Source of the DNA: Candidatus Rokuibacteriota bacterium
GTDB lineage: Bacteria; Methylomirabilota; Methylomirabilia; Rokubacteriales; DASRDR01
Assembly (NCBI GenBank): GCA_044866005.1
Contig: JBIOTN010000184.1
Span: forward strand, 1 to 24,031
DNA length: 24,031 nucleotides
Direction of reading: 5' to 3'
Position numbers and translations under genes: made by a program
Notes under the pieces: generated by a model
Seen by the model: only the letters and a program-made list of their open reading frames with translations
Database searches by the model: none
Told to the model about the DNA's origin: nothing
Shown here: piece by piece, positions 1-8,434 of the stretch
How the letters are laid out: each line of letters starts with the position of its first letter
Numbering within the stretch: position 1 is the stretch's first letter

Positions 1-1
1 G

Positions 2-325
2 CCGCTCGGCCCGCGGCCGGTCGCGGAGGCCGAACCCGACGTTCTCGGCGACCGTGAGGTGGGGAAAGAGGGCATACCCCTGGAAGACGTAGCCCAGCCG
101 CCGCGACCGGGGGGGGAGGCTCACGCCGGCGGCGCTGTCGAAGAAGACGCGGCCGTTCACCGTCACCCGCCCCTCGTCCGGCCGGATCAGGCCAGCCAGA
201 CAGTGGAGCGTGAGCGTCTTGCCGGCACCCGACGGCCCGAAGAGCGCCACCACGGGAGCATCGGCCTCCCAGGCCACATCGAGCGTGAACCCGGGGAGCC
301 GCTTCGTCACCGAGAGCGCCAGCAT
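2..325 (-). CDS. modC: Molybdate ABC transporter ATP-binding subunit (5' part; runs off the window edge)
   Basis: Not in the ORF track. Manual translation from ATG 325: [64 protein letters not shown]...[25 protein letters not shown]. Walker A GPSGAGKT and Q-loop are present; 12 nt downstream of modB. Confidence 0.9.
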   Translation of the reverse strand, partial: MLALSVTKRLPGFTLDVAWEADAPVVALFGPSGAGKTLTLHCLAGLIRPDEGRVTVNGRVFFDSAAGVSLPPRSRRLGYVFQGYALFPHLTVAENVGFGLRDRPRAER

Positions 326-337
326 CCGGTCAGCGCC

Positions 338-991
338 TCACAGGCGGAGTCGCGCCAGGCGCGGGAGGCCGAAGAGCAGGACGACCACGATGCCCACGGC
401 GATCAGGGCCAGCACGTTCGCCTCGGCCATCGCGTTGGCCTGGACCCGGTCGTAGATCGCGAGCGGCAGCGTCTGGGTCCTCCCCGGAATGCTCCCGGCA
501 ACCATGAGGGTGATCCCGAACTCGCCCATCGCGCGGCAGAAGGCCAGGATCGCGCCGGCCACCACGGACCGCCAGGCCAGGGGGAGCGTCACCTCCCAGA
601 AGATGCGCCACTCGGAGCGCCCCAGCGTGCGCGCCGCCTGCTCGAGTCGCGGGTCGACGGTCTCGAACCCGGCCTGGGCGGCCTTGATGAGGAGCGCGAT
701 CGAGCCGATGCAGGCGGCCAGGACGGCGGCGCGCCAGGTGAACGCCAGCTCGAGGCCGAGCGCCCCGAGCGCCCGTCCGAGGGGACCGCGGGCGCCGATG
801 ACCAGCAAGAGGTAGTACCCGAGCACGGTGGGCGGCAGGACGAGCGGGACGAGGACCGAGGCCTCGAGCGCGTCGCGGCCCCAGAACCGCTTCCGGGCCA
901 GGAGCCACGCGACGGGGATGCCGGCGAGGAGCGTGAGCCCCGTCGCAGCGCCTGCGACGCGGAGCGAGAGCCAGAGCGGCGAGAGATCCAC
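338..991 (-). CDS. modB: Molybdate ABC transporter permease
   Basis: [22 protein letters not shown] (EAA loop), [27 protein letters not shown]: classic ModB motifs. Confidence 0.93.
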   Translation of the reverse strand: MDLSPLWLSLRVAGAATGLTLLAGIPVAWLLARKRFWGRDALEASVLVPLVLPPTVLGYYLLLVIGARGPLGRALGALGLELAFTWRAAVLAACIGSIALLIKAAQAGFETVDPRLEQAARTLGRSEWRIFWEVTLPLAWRSVVAGAILAFCRAMGEFGITLMVAGSIPGRTQTLPLAIYDRVQANAMAEANVLALIAVGIVVVLLFGLPRLARLRL

Positions 992-995
992 GGGA

Positions 996-1805
996 TCACG
1001 AGCCTCCAGGGGGCAGAAAGCCGAACCGCTTCATGATAGCCCGGCCCGGCGGACCGGTGACGAAGCCGATGAAGGCGCGCCCGAGCTCCGGCTGACCGCT
1101 CCGGGCGACGACCGCCGCGGCCTGATTCAGGGGCGCGTGGAGGCTCGCGTCGAGCAGCGTCCATTCGATCTCCGGGACGTCGGCCACCGACAGCGCGACG
1201 ATCCCGGCCTCCGCCGCGCCCGTCTGGACGAACTGCACGGCCTGACGGATGTTCTCGCCGTAGACGAGCTTGGGCCGGAGCGCCTCCCAGATCCCGACGC
1301 GGCGGAGCGCCTCCTCGGCGCGCCGCCCGTACGGGGCGTGCTCCGGGTTGGCGATCGCCACGTGGCGGACGCGCGGGCCCAGGAGCTCGCGGAGGTCCGT
1401 CAGCCTGGGCCCGGCGCTCCGCGCGGTGGCGAGGACGAGGCGCCCCCGGGCGTAGAGCGTCCGGGTATCGGCCTTCAGCACGCGCTGCGCCGCCAGCCGG
1501 TCCACGAACTGCTCGTCGGCGGCGAAGAAGACGTCCGCGGGGGCGCCGTGCTCGAGCTGACGCGCCAGGTTGCCGGTGGAGCCGAGGACCAGCGTGACCT
1601 TGACGCCGTGGGCCTGCTCGAAGCCCGGCACGATCTCCTGGAATGCGAGCGCCAGGTCCGACGCCGCGAAGACCAGCAGGGCGGGCGCCGCGGCGTCGGT
1701 CTTCCCCGCACCCGCCCCCGCGGTCAGCGCGAGGGAGGCGACGAGGAGGCCGAGCCGGAGTCCTCTCCTCGGCGACCGGCCCTCGCGCCAGCGGGGGTCG
1801 ATCAC
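996..1805 (-). CDS. modA: Molybdate ABC transporter substrate-binding protein
   Basis: Signal peptide, then AASDL, GSTG.L..Q...[35 protein letters not shown] start overlaps the tupB stop (GTGA). Confidence 0.92.
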   Translation of the reverse strand: MIDPRWREGRSPRRGLRLGLLVASLALTAGAGAGKTDAAAPALLVFAASDLALAFQEIVPGFEQAHGVKVTLVLGSTGNLARQLEHGAPADVFFAADEQFVDRLAAQRVLKADTRTLYARGRLVLATARSAGPRLTDLRELLGPRVRHVAIANPEHAPYGRRAEEALRRVGIWEALRPKLVYGENIRQAVQFVQTGAAEAGIVALSVADVPEIEWTLLDASLHAPLNQAAAVVARSGQPELGRAFIGFVTGPPGRAIMKRFGFLPPGGS

Positions 1806-2494
1806 GCCCGCCGCTGCTGGAGCCAGGTCAGCGCCCAGTTCACCAGGAACACGACCCCGAGCAGGATCACGGACAGCGCGATGGCGACGTCGAAGTTCCC
1901 CTTGCCGGCCTCGAGCACGGTGGCTGTCGTCAGCACGCGCGTCTGCCCGCGAATGTTCCCCCCGACCATCATGGCGGCGCCGACCTCCGAGACCGCGCCC
2001 CCGAAGCCGGCCATCAGCGCCGCGAGGAGCGGGAGCCGGGCCTCGCGGACCAGCACCCAGAGGAGCTGCGCCCGGGAGGCGCCGAGGGCGAGCATCTGGA
2101 GGCGGAATCGGTCCGGGATCTGCTGGACCGCCGCCAGGGTGAGCCCGGTGACGATCGGCACGGCGATCAGGAACTGCGCCAGGACGATCGCGGCCGGCGT
2201 GTAGAGGAGCTCGAGGAACCCGAGCGGCCCGCTGCGCCAGAGCAGGATGGAGACGAACAGGCCGACGACGACGGGCGGGAGGCCCATCCCCGTGTTGACC
2301 AGGGAGAGCAGGAGCCCGCGCCCCGGGAAGCGGGCGAGGGCGAGCGCGGTCCCCAGCGGCATCCCGACGGCGAGGGCCAGGCCCGTGGCCGCTCCCGCGA
2401 TCTCGAGCGAGAGCCAGGTGATCCCGAGCACCTCCGGGTCGCCGCTCGCGAGGAGGGCGAGGGCCCGCCGCAGGCCGTCCCAGAGAAGCTCCAC
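1802..2494 (-). CDS. tupB: Tungstate ABC transporter permease
   Basis: NTGMGLPPVVVGL..SILLWRSGPLG and SEVGAAMMVGGNIRGQTRVLTTA: TupB-type permease; follows tupA by 3 nt. Confidence 0.85.
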   Translation of the reverse strand: MELLWDGLRRALALLASGDPEVLGITWLSLEIAGAATGLALAVGMPLGTALALARFPGRGLLLSLVNTGMGLPPVVVGLFVSILLWRSGPLGFLELLYTPAAIVLAQFLIAVPIVTGLTLAAVQQIPDRFRLQMLALGASRAQLLWVLVREARLPLLAALMAGFGGAVSEVGAAMMVGGNIRGQTRVLTTATVLEAGKGNFDVAIALSVILLGVVFLVNWALTWLQQRRA

Positions 2495-2497
2495 GCT

Positions 2498-3337
2498 CTA
2501 CCCCTCGCCCCCCGGCTCCGGCTTGCCGGCGTCGGGGACGAAGAGGGCCTGGCCGTACGCCTCGACGCCGAAGGCGCCGATCAGCGCCTGGGCTCGAGGC
2601 GAGACCAGGAAGTCGGCGAACGCCTGGCCGCCCGCCGCGTTCACCTTCGAGCGACCGGCGGGGCTCACCTCCATCACGTGGTAGACGTTCAGGAGCGAGG
2701 AGGTCCCCTCGACGAGGATCGCGAGCGGGATCCGCTTCCGGAAGGCCAGGTAGGTGGCGCGGTCGGCGAGGGTGTAGGCGCCCTTCTCGGCGGCGATCAT
2801 CAGGGTCGCGCCCATCCCCTGTCCCGACTCGACGTACCAGGGCGGCGCCGCCGTGACGCCGGCCGCCCGCCAGAGGGCCTTCTCCCTGGCGTGGGTCCCC
2901 GAGTCGTCCCCGCGCGAGACGAAGGGCCCGCGGCGCTCGGCGATCGTGCGGAAGGCCTCGGCGGCGCTGCGGGCCGTTCTCGCCCCGGCCGGGTCGGCCG
3001 CCGGCCCCACCAGGAGGAAATCGTTGTGCATGACGAGCCGCCGGTTCGTCAAACGGCCCCTCGCCAGGTACTCGCGCTCGAGCCGGGGCGCGTGCACCAG
3101 CACGACGTCCGCCTCGCCGCGGTCGCCGAGGGCGAGGGCCTGGCCCGTCCCCACCGCGATCGTCTTGACGGTGTACCCCGTCGCGGTCTCGAAGACGGGG
3201 ACGAGCACGTCGAGGAGCCCCGAATCCTGGGTACTGGTCGTGGTCGCGAGGATCACGGTCCTCGGCGCCCCGGCGGCGGCGACGAGCGGGCCGGCGAGGA
3301 CCGCCGCGAGGCCCAGGAGGAGGCGCGCGCGCGTCAC
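2498..3337 (-). CDS. tupA: Tungstate ABC transporter substrate-binding protein
   Basis: C-terminal 279 aa of ORF 2498..4306. GTG 3337 ([13 protein letters not shown] signal peptide) overlaps the upstream stop. TupA signature ATTTSTQDSGLL, VHAP, MHNDF, SRGDDSGTH. Confidence 0.9.
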   Translation of the reverse strand: MTRARLLLGLAAVLAGPLVAAAGAPRTVILATTTSTQDSGLLDVLVPVFETATGYTVKTIAVGTGQALALGDRGEADVVLVHAPRLEREYLARGRLTNRRLVMHNDFLLVGPAADPAGARTARSAAEAFRTIAERRGPFVSRGDDSGTHAREKALWRAAGVTAAPPWYVESGQGMGATLMIAAEKGAYTLADRATYLAFRKRIPLAILVEGTSSLLNVYHVMEVSPAGRSKVNAAGGQAFADFLVSPRAQALIGAFGVEAYGQALFVPDAGKPEPGGEG

Positions 3338-4278
3338 GGGACCTCCGCCAGGACGCGCCCCGCCTCGCCGGCGTCGTAGCCGCCCAGCCCCTCGAGCCGG
3401 CGGCGGAAGCGCTCGGAGCGCACCGCCTCGACGAGCGTCTGGACGGCGGGCCGGAAGAAGAGGTCCTTCGGGATCACCATGTCGAAGCGCTCGCGGGTGA
3501 GCGGGACGAAGCCGAGGCTCAGCGCGTGCGCGACCGAGCGGGTCGCGACGCCGACGTCGGCCTCGCCGCGGAGGACCCGCCGGCCGACGGCCCAGTGGGT
3601 CGAGACCTCGTCGCGGTACCCCGCCAGCCGTTCCGGGCTCACGCCGGCGCGGGCCAGGGCGGCGTCGACGAAGTGGCGCGTGCCGGAGCCCGCCTGGCGA
3701 TTGACGAACCTGAGCCCGCGCCGCGCGAGATCGGCCACACCGGCGAGCTTCCGCGGGTTCCCCGTCCAGACGACGAGGCCGAGGTCCCGGTGGAAGAGGT
3801 TCACCAGCACGGCGGGCCGCCCCGCCAGGTAGTGCGGGATGTGGGGGAGGTTGTACTCCCCCGAGTCGGGATCCACCAGGTGCGCCCACGCGAGGTCCGC
3901 CCGCCCCTCCCCCAGGGTCCGGAGCCCGGCGGTGCTCCCCACGGTCGCGGTGAAGAGGAGGGGGCGCCCGCCCGGGCGGGGCCCGGCGAAGGCGTCGTGC
4001 AAGAGCTCGAGGGCAGGGTCGTCGCTGCCGGCGACGAAGAGGGTCGTCGTCCCCGCCTCCTCGCGCGCCGGGGCGGCGGACCCACGCGGGGCGGTCGGCC
4101 GGCCGCCCGAGCGGGCGCTCGCCTCCAGCCACTCGTCGAGGAGCTCGACCGGAAAGAGCCACTTGCCGGTCACGCGCGTGGCGGGAATCGCGCCGCGCTG
4201 GGCCAGGAGGTACACCGACCGGGGGTTCAGTCGAAGGTGGCGCGCGGCTTCCTGAACCGTGAGGAGCCGATGCGGCAT
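3334..4278 (-). CDS. Excisionase-type HTH + periplasmic-binding-protein-like (molybdate-binding) domain transcriptional regulator
   Basis: From ATG 4278: [38 protein letters not shown] (HTH_17-like), then [28 protein letters not shown] (PBP-like domain). First gene of the tup/mod operon. Confidence 0.88.
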   Translation of the reverse strand: MPHRLLTVQEAARHLRLNPRSVYLLAQRGAIPATRVTGKWLFPVELLDEWLEASARSGGRPTAPRGSAAPAREEAGTTTLFVAGSDDPALELLHDAFAGPRPGGRPLLFTATVGSTAGLRTLGEGRADLAWAHLVDPDSGEYNLPHIPHYLAGRPAVLVNLFHRDLGLVVWTGNPRKLAGVADLARRGLRFVNRQAGSGTRHFVDAALARAGVSPERLAGYRDEVSTHWAVGRRVLRGEADVGVATRSVAHALSLGFVPLTRERFDMVIPKDLFFRPAVQTLVEAVRSERFRRRLEGLGGYDAGEAGRVLAEVP

Positions 4279-4286
4279 ACGGGAAG

Positions 4287-4314
4287 ATTCTGCACGAAAC
4301 TGCCAAAAAGTCAA
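4287..4314 (-). promoter_or_regulatory. Putative sigma70 promoter of the W/Mo operon (TTGACT-16 nt-CAGAAT)
   Basis: AT-rich patch in GC-rich DNA. -35 at 4314-4309, -10 at 4292-4287, 8 nt upstream of ATG 4278. Confidence 0.55.
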
Positions 4315-4319
4315 AGGGA

Positions 4320-4376
4320 CGCCAGGTGGCGAGGCGACCGGGCCGGCACGGGGCCCGGTGGCGGGCGGGCCTGGCG
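4320..4376 (-). terminator. Possible terminator hairpin after the cyclophilin gene
   Basis: CGCCAGG (4320-26)/CCTGGCG (4370-76) enclosing ACCGGGCC/GGCCCGGT, followed on the minus strand by TCCCTTTGACTTTTT. Imperfect. Confidence 0.3.
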
Positions 4377-4382
4377 CGGCCG

Positions 4383-4919
4383 TTACGGCTTCGCGGCCTC
4401 CTCGATCCGGACGGCCTTCATCCGGTCGCCCACCTGGATCCGGTCCACGAGCTCCATCCCCTGGACGACCTGCCCGAAGACCGTGTACTGCCGGTCCAGG
4501 TGCGGGGCGGGGGCGAAGCAGATGTAGAACTGGCTGCCGGCCGAGTCGGGGTGCTGGCTCCGCGCCATCGCGACGGTGCCGCGGACGTGCTTCCGCTGGT
4601 TGAACTCGGCCTTGAGCGTGTAGCCCGGCCCGCCGGTGCCGTCGCCCTTCGGGTCGCCGCCCTGGGCGACGAAGCCGGGGACGACCCGGTGGAAGCTCAG
4701 CCCGTCGTAGAATCCCTTCTTCGCGAGCGTGACGAAGCTCTCGACGGTCTTCGGCGCGTCCTCGGGAAAGAGCTCGATCCGGATCTCGCCGCCCTTGGCC
4801 ATGGTGATCACCGCGGTCGGATGCATCGCTTTCCCCTGCGCACCGGCCGGCTGTGCCGGCAGCGCCGCCGCGAACGTGAAGACGAGTCCCAGGCCCACCA
4901 CCCTCGCGCACGCGCGCAT
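4383..4919 (-). CDS. ppiA: Cyclophilin-type peptidyl-prolyl cis-trans isomerase, exported
   Basis: [56 protein letters not shown]. Signal peptide; RBS AAGGAGG before ATG 4919. Confidence 0.9.
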   Translation of the reverse strand: MRACARVVGLGLVFTFAAALPAQPAGAQGKAMHPTAVITMAKGGEIRIELFPEDAPKTVESFVTLAKKGFYDGLSFHRVVPGFVAQGGDPKGDGTGGPGYTLKAEFNQRKHVRGTVAMARSQHPDSAGSQFYICFAPAPHLDRQYTVFGQVVQGMELVDRIQVGDRMKAVRIEEAAKP

Positions 4920-4950
4920 TCGCGCCTCCTTCCCGGTCGCGTGAGGCCCC

Positions 4951-5001
4951 ATTCTACCATCGCGGGTTTGTCTCGGCCGGCACGCAGCCATCTGATACAC
5001 T
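4951..5001. promoter_or_regulatory. Divergent extended -10 promoters (cyclophilin: TGgTAGAAT, minus strand 4959-4951; typA: TGaTACACT, plus strand 4993-5001)
   Basis: Two TGn-TAnnnT motifs back to back in the 90-nt divergent gap. Confidence 0.55.
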
Positions 5002-5009
5002 CGACCGAC

Positions 5010-6815
5010 GTGGCCCACGTGCAGCGCACCGACCTCCGGAACCTCGCCATCATCGCCCACGTCGATCACGGCAAGACGACGCTGGTCGATGCCATGCTCT
5101 GGCAGGCCGGCATCTTCCGGGCGAACGAGACGGTGCCGGAACGGGTCCTCGACTCGATCGACCTCGAGCGCGAGAAGGGGATCACGATCATGGCCAAGCA
5201 CACGGCCGTGACCTACCGGGGCGTCAAGCTGAACGTGGTCGACACCCCCGGCCACGCCGACTTCGGCGGCGAGGTCGAGCGCACGCTGACCCTCGTCGAC
5301 GGGGTTCTCCTCCTGGTCGATGCGGCCGAGGGCCCGCTGCCGCAGACCCGCTTCGTGCTGAAGAAGGCCCTGGAGGCCGGGCTCGCTCCCGTCGTCGTCA
5401 TCAACAAGATCGACCGCGCGGACGCCCGCCCGGCCCAGGTCCTCGACGAGATCTACGACCTCTTCATCGACCTGGACGCCGGGGAAGCCCAGCTCGATTT
5501 CCCGGTGCTCTACACGGACGCGCGGCGGGGCACCGCGACCCGGCGGCTGGAAGAGCCCGGCCAGAGCCTCGAGCCTCTGTTCGAGACGCTCCTCGCGGCG
5601 ATCCCGCCGCCGAGCCACGACCCCGCCATGGGCCTCCAGCTCCGCGCGGCCAGCCTCGACTGGGACGACTACGTCGGCCGCCTGGTCATCGGGCGGGTCG
5701 TCAACGGCACGCTTCGGCCGGCAGACCGCGTCGCGGTCGTCCGGCGCTCCGGCGCGGTGGAGGCGGGCAAGGTGAGCGTCGTCTACACCTTCGACGGCCT
5801 GCGCCGTGTCGAGGTGGCGGAGGCCGGGCCGGGCGAGCTCTGCGCCGTGGCCGGGATCGACGCGATGGAGATCGGCGAGACGCTGGCCGACCCCGAGCGG
5901 CCGGTCGCGCTCCCGCCCATCCGCGTGGACGAGCCGACCGTGGCCATGCTCTTTGCCGCGAACGCCTCGCCCTTCGCCGGACGCGAGGGCCGGTACGTCA
6001 CCTCGCGCCACCTGCGGGAGCGGCTGTTCAAGGAGGCGCGCGGGAACGTCGGCATCCGGGTCGAGGAGACCGAGTCGCCCGAGGCGCTCCGCGTGCTCGG
6101 GCGCGGTGAGCTTCAGCTGGCGATCCTGATCGAGATGATCCGGCGCGAGGGGTACGAGCTCGAGGTCGGGCAGCCCGAGGTGATCACCCGGGAGGTCGAC
6201 GGCGAGCGGCTCGAGCCGATGGAGCATCTCGTGGTGGACTGCCCCGAGGAGTTCATCGGCATCGTGACCCAGCGGGTCGGCGCACGCAAGGGCCAGATGG
6301 TGAAGATGGTGAACCATGGCGGAGGCCGTGTCCGGCTCGAGTACCGAATCCCGGCGCGTGGTCTCATCGGCTACCGGTCGGAGTTCCTCACCGACACGCG
6401 CGGAACCGGTCTGCTCAACCATCTCTTCGACGGCTGGGCGCCCTGGCACGGCGACATCCCCCGGCGCGCGAACGGCGCCCTGGTCGCCGACCGCGACGGC
6501 CACGCGACGGGGTACGCGATCGACCACCTCCAGCCGCGTGGCACCTTCTTCATCCAGCCCGGCGACCCGGTCTACGAGGGCCAGGTCGTCGGGGAGCACG
6601 CCCGGGAGACCGACCTCGACGTCAACGTGACGAAGGAAAAGCGCCTCACGAACATGCGGGCGTCGACGGCCGACGAGGCCATCCGGCTCACCCCTCCGCG
6701 CGTCATGAGCCTCGAGCAGTGCCTGGAGTGGATCCGCGGCGACGAGCTGATCGAGGTGACTCCGCAGGCCCTCCGCTTGCGTAAGAAAGGGCTGAAGGGC
6801 CGGCGACGCTTCTAA
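5010..6815 (+). CDS. typA: Translational GTPase TypA/BipA
   Basis: [74 protein letters not shown]. Start is GTG 5010 or 5019. Confidence 0.97.
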   Translation: MAHVQRTDLRNLAIIAHVDHGKTTLVDAMLWQAGIFRANETVPERVLDSIDLEREKGITIMAKHTAVTYRGVKLNVVDTPGHADFGGEVERTLTLVDGVLLLVDAAEGPLPQTRFVLKKALEAGLAPVVVINKIDRADARPAQVLDEIYDLFIDLDAGEAQLDFPVLYTDARRGTATRRLEEPGQSLEPLFETLLAAIPPPSHDPAMGLQLRAASLDWDDYVGRLVIGRVVNGTLRPADRVAVVRRSGAVEAGKVSVVYTFDGLRRVEVAEAGPGELCAVAGIDAMEIGETLADPERPVALPPIRVDEPTVAMLFAANASPFAGREGRYVTSRHLRERLFKEARGNVGIRVEETESPEALRVLGRGELQLAILIEMIRREGYELEVGQPEVITREVDGERLEPMEHLVVDCPEEFIGIVTQRVGARKGQMVKMVNHGGGRVRLEYRIPARGLIGYRSEFLTDTRGTGLLNHLFDGWAPWHGDIPRRANGALVADRDGHATGYAIDHLQPRGTFFIQPGDPVYEGQVVGEHARETDLDVNVTKEKRLTNMRASTADEAIRLTPPRVMSLEQCLEWIRGDELIEVTPQALRLRKKGLKGRRRF

Positions 6816-6819
6816 GACT

Positions 6820-6910
6820 TCAGAGGGGGGCGTTGCCCCCCTCCGACGGCCCTCGCGGCGAAGCCACGCCGTTCGCCCTTCGGCGAACGGATCGGGCCTG
6901 CCTCCCCCCG
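6820..6910 (-). repeat. Structured intergenic repeat (REP/MITE-like), copy A
   Basis: Its reverse complement matches 16122..16213 with 6 substitutions and one 1-nt indel. Three hairpins; starts 4 nt after the typA TAA. Confidence 0.9.
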
Positions 6911-6913
6911 CGC

Positions 6914-8050
6914 ATGCTCCTTCCTCGAGCTCTGGTCATCGCCGTACTGGTCGCATGGCCGGCCCTCGCGGCCGCGCAGATCGACACGGAGCCGCGCCTC
7001 AACCTCGAGCTCGGCGGGGAAGGCCCGCTTCGCGGCGAAGGCGCCACCGCCGGCTACGGCTTCCTCCTCTGGAACCGGCCCCACTTCCTCGACCAGGACG
7101 ACCTGTACTTCCGGATCATCTTCGCGCCGACCTACCTCACCTCGGAGCTCGTCCGGGACCGCTGGCCGGGCCCCGGGCACGCCTTCGGGATCGGCATCGC
7201 GGGGGGCTTCTTCCCCTACAACTTCGACGAGTTCCGCGGCGGCCGGCACCGGCACCGCGAATCCTTCTGGGGACACGGCGGCGAGGCGACCGTGAGCTAC
7301 TACCGCCGCGTGAAGCTCTTCGACCTCCTGCCGGTCGAGGGCCAGCTCCGGCTCCGCCCGCAGTACGCGGTCTACCAGCGGAGCGGGGACACCGGGCGGG
7401 ACTTTCGCACCCCGGCGGACACCCCCATTTACTCCGGTCGCGTCGGCATCCGGGTCGGGGGCGAGCCCCCCGAACTGCTCCCCGCGGTGGCGCTGGAGGT
7501 CTCCGGCTGGTACGAGGCGAGCTACCGCCAGTTCGCCGAGCGCTACGGGTTCCCCGACCAGCGGATCACCCCGGCGGACCTCACCCAGCAGGCGTGGGGC
7601 CGGGCAGGCGGCATCGCCACGCTGGGGAAGACCCACACGGCGCGGCTGTTCGTGACCGCCGGAACCGCGGCGAACGCCGACGAGCTCTCCACCTTCCGCC
7701 TGGGGAGCGCGCTGCCGTTCCGGCGCGAGTTCCCGCTCGTCCTCCACGGCTACTTCATCGACGAGGTCTTCGCCCGCCGCTTCTGGCTGGTGAACGCGTC
7801 ATACCGGTTCCCGCTCTGGCCGGGGACCGAGCGCGTGCGTCTCCAGCTGGCCCTCGACTACGCGCGGGTCGAGTACCTCCCGCGCCACGCGCTGCCGCGG
7901 CGCGGCCTCCGGGGCATCGGCGCCGATCTGACCGTCGCGCTGACCCAGGACCTCACGCTCGTCCTGGGCTACGGCTACGGCCCGGACGCCCTGCGGGGCC
8001 GCTCGTTCGGGGGGCACGAGGGAAACGTGCTGCTCGAGGTGAAGTTCTAG
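6914..8050 (+). CDS. Putative outer-membrane beta-barrel protein (Omp85/BamA-barrel-like, no POTRA domains)
   Basis: Signal peptide MLLPRALVIAVLVAWPALAAA, amphipathic aromatic strands, C-terminal NVLLEVKF. FRLG...LHGY...NASYRFPL resembles the Omp85 loop-6 region. Family assignment is inferred. Confidence 0.6.
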   Translation: MLLPRALVIAVLVAWPALAAAQIDTEPRLNLELGGEGPLRGEGATAGYGFLLWNRPHFLDQDDLYFRIIFAPTYLTSELVRDRWPGPGHAFGIGIAGGFFPYNFDEFRGGRHRHRESFWGHGGEATVSYYRRVKLFDLLPVEGQLRLRPQYAVYQRSGDTGRDFRTPADTPIYSGRVGIRVGGEPPELLPAVALEVSGWYEASYRQFAERYGFPDQRITPADLTQQAWGRAGGIATLGKTHTARLFVTAGTAANADELSTFRLGSALPFRREFPLVLHGYFIDEVFARRFWLVNASYRFPLWPGTERVRLQLALDYARVEYLPRHALPRRGLRGIGADLTVALTQDLTLVLGYGYGPDALRGRSFGGHEGNVLLEVKF

Positions 8051-8069
8051 CGGCCGGCCGGCGCCGAGG

Positions 8070-8363
8070 TCAGCCGACGTCCGGAGGCTGGAGCGTGCGC
8101 GCGCGGATGTCGACGAACCGCGCCTCGAGCTCCGCCGCGACGGCACTGGCCACGACGGGCGCGGCGCCGCTCCGCTCTTCTTCCGGGCCGACGCGCCACC
8201 CGGCCAGATAGGCGTCGGCCTCCGAGAGCCCGGCCTGGACGGCCACGAGGTCGACGAGCTCCTGGAAGCGCGGGGTCAGGCAGACGCTGACCGCGCCCTG
8301 GCCATCGCGGGCGGTGACCAGGACCGGAATGTCTCGCCAGTAGGTGATCTGGATCCGCGCCAT
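8070..8363 (-). CDS. 'Virulence factor' domain small protein (Virulence_fact/CvfC-like)
   Basis: ITYWRDIPVLV...LTPRFQELVD..A...G....DAYLAGWR matches my recollection of this family's pattern. Start is ATG 8363 (or 8387). Confidence 0.7.
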   Translation of the reverse strand: MARIQITYWRDIPVLVTARDGQGAVSVCLTPRFQELVDLVAVQAGLSEADAYLAGWRVGPEEERSGAAPVVASAVAAELEARFVDIRARTLQPPDVG

Positions 8364-8391
8364 GGGCGTGCCGGAGCGGGGCGTCATGCCG

Positions 8392-8420
8392 TTGACACCC
8401 CCGCCCCCCTCGGCTACAGT
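8392..8420 (+). promoter_or_regulatory. sigma70 promoter of the DGQHR gene (TTGACA-17 nt-TACAGT)
   Basis: Perfect -35 at 8392-8397, 17-nt spacer, -10 at 8415-8420, ATG at 8435. Confidence 0.75.
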
Positions 8421-8434
8421 GAGGCGCGAGTGTC

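Noticed and set aside
3334..4278. Excisionase-like HTH as evidence of a prophage or integrative element
   Set aside because: It is fused to a PBP domain and leads a metal-uptake operon; no integrase, att site or phage gene is present.
4279..4382. Moco/Tuco riboswitch upstream of the W/Mo operon
   Set aside because: The best promoter lies 8 nt from the ATG, leaving no leader, and I cannot recognise the aptamer. An Rfam scan would settle it.
2498..4911. Apparent long N-terminal extensions or fusions in the ORF track (2498..4306, 3334..4911; likewise 4326..6815, 16215..17996, 18591..20303, 22161..24002)
   Set aside because: The extensions are Arg/Gly/Pro-rich off-frame reads of neighbouring genes; internal starts with an RBS, overlap or promoter explain the real genes.
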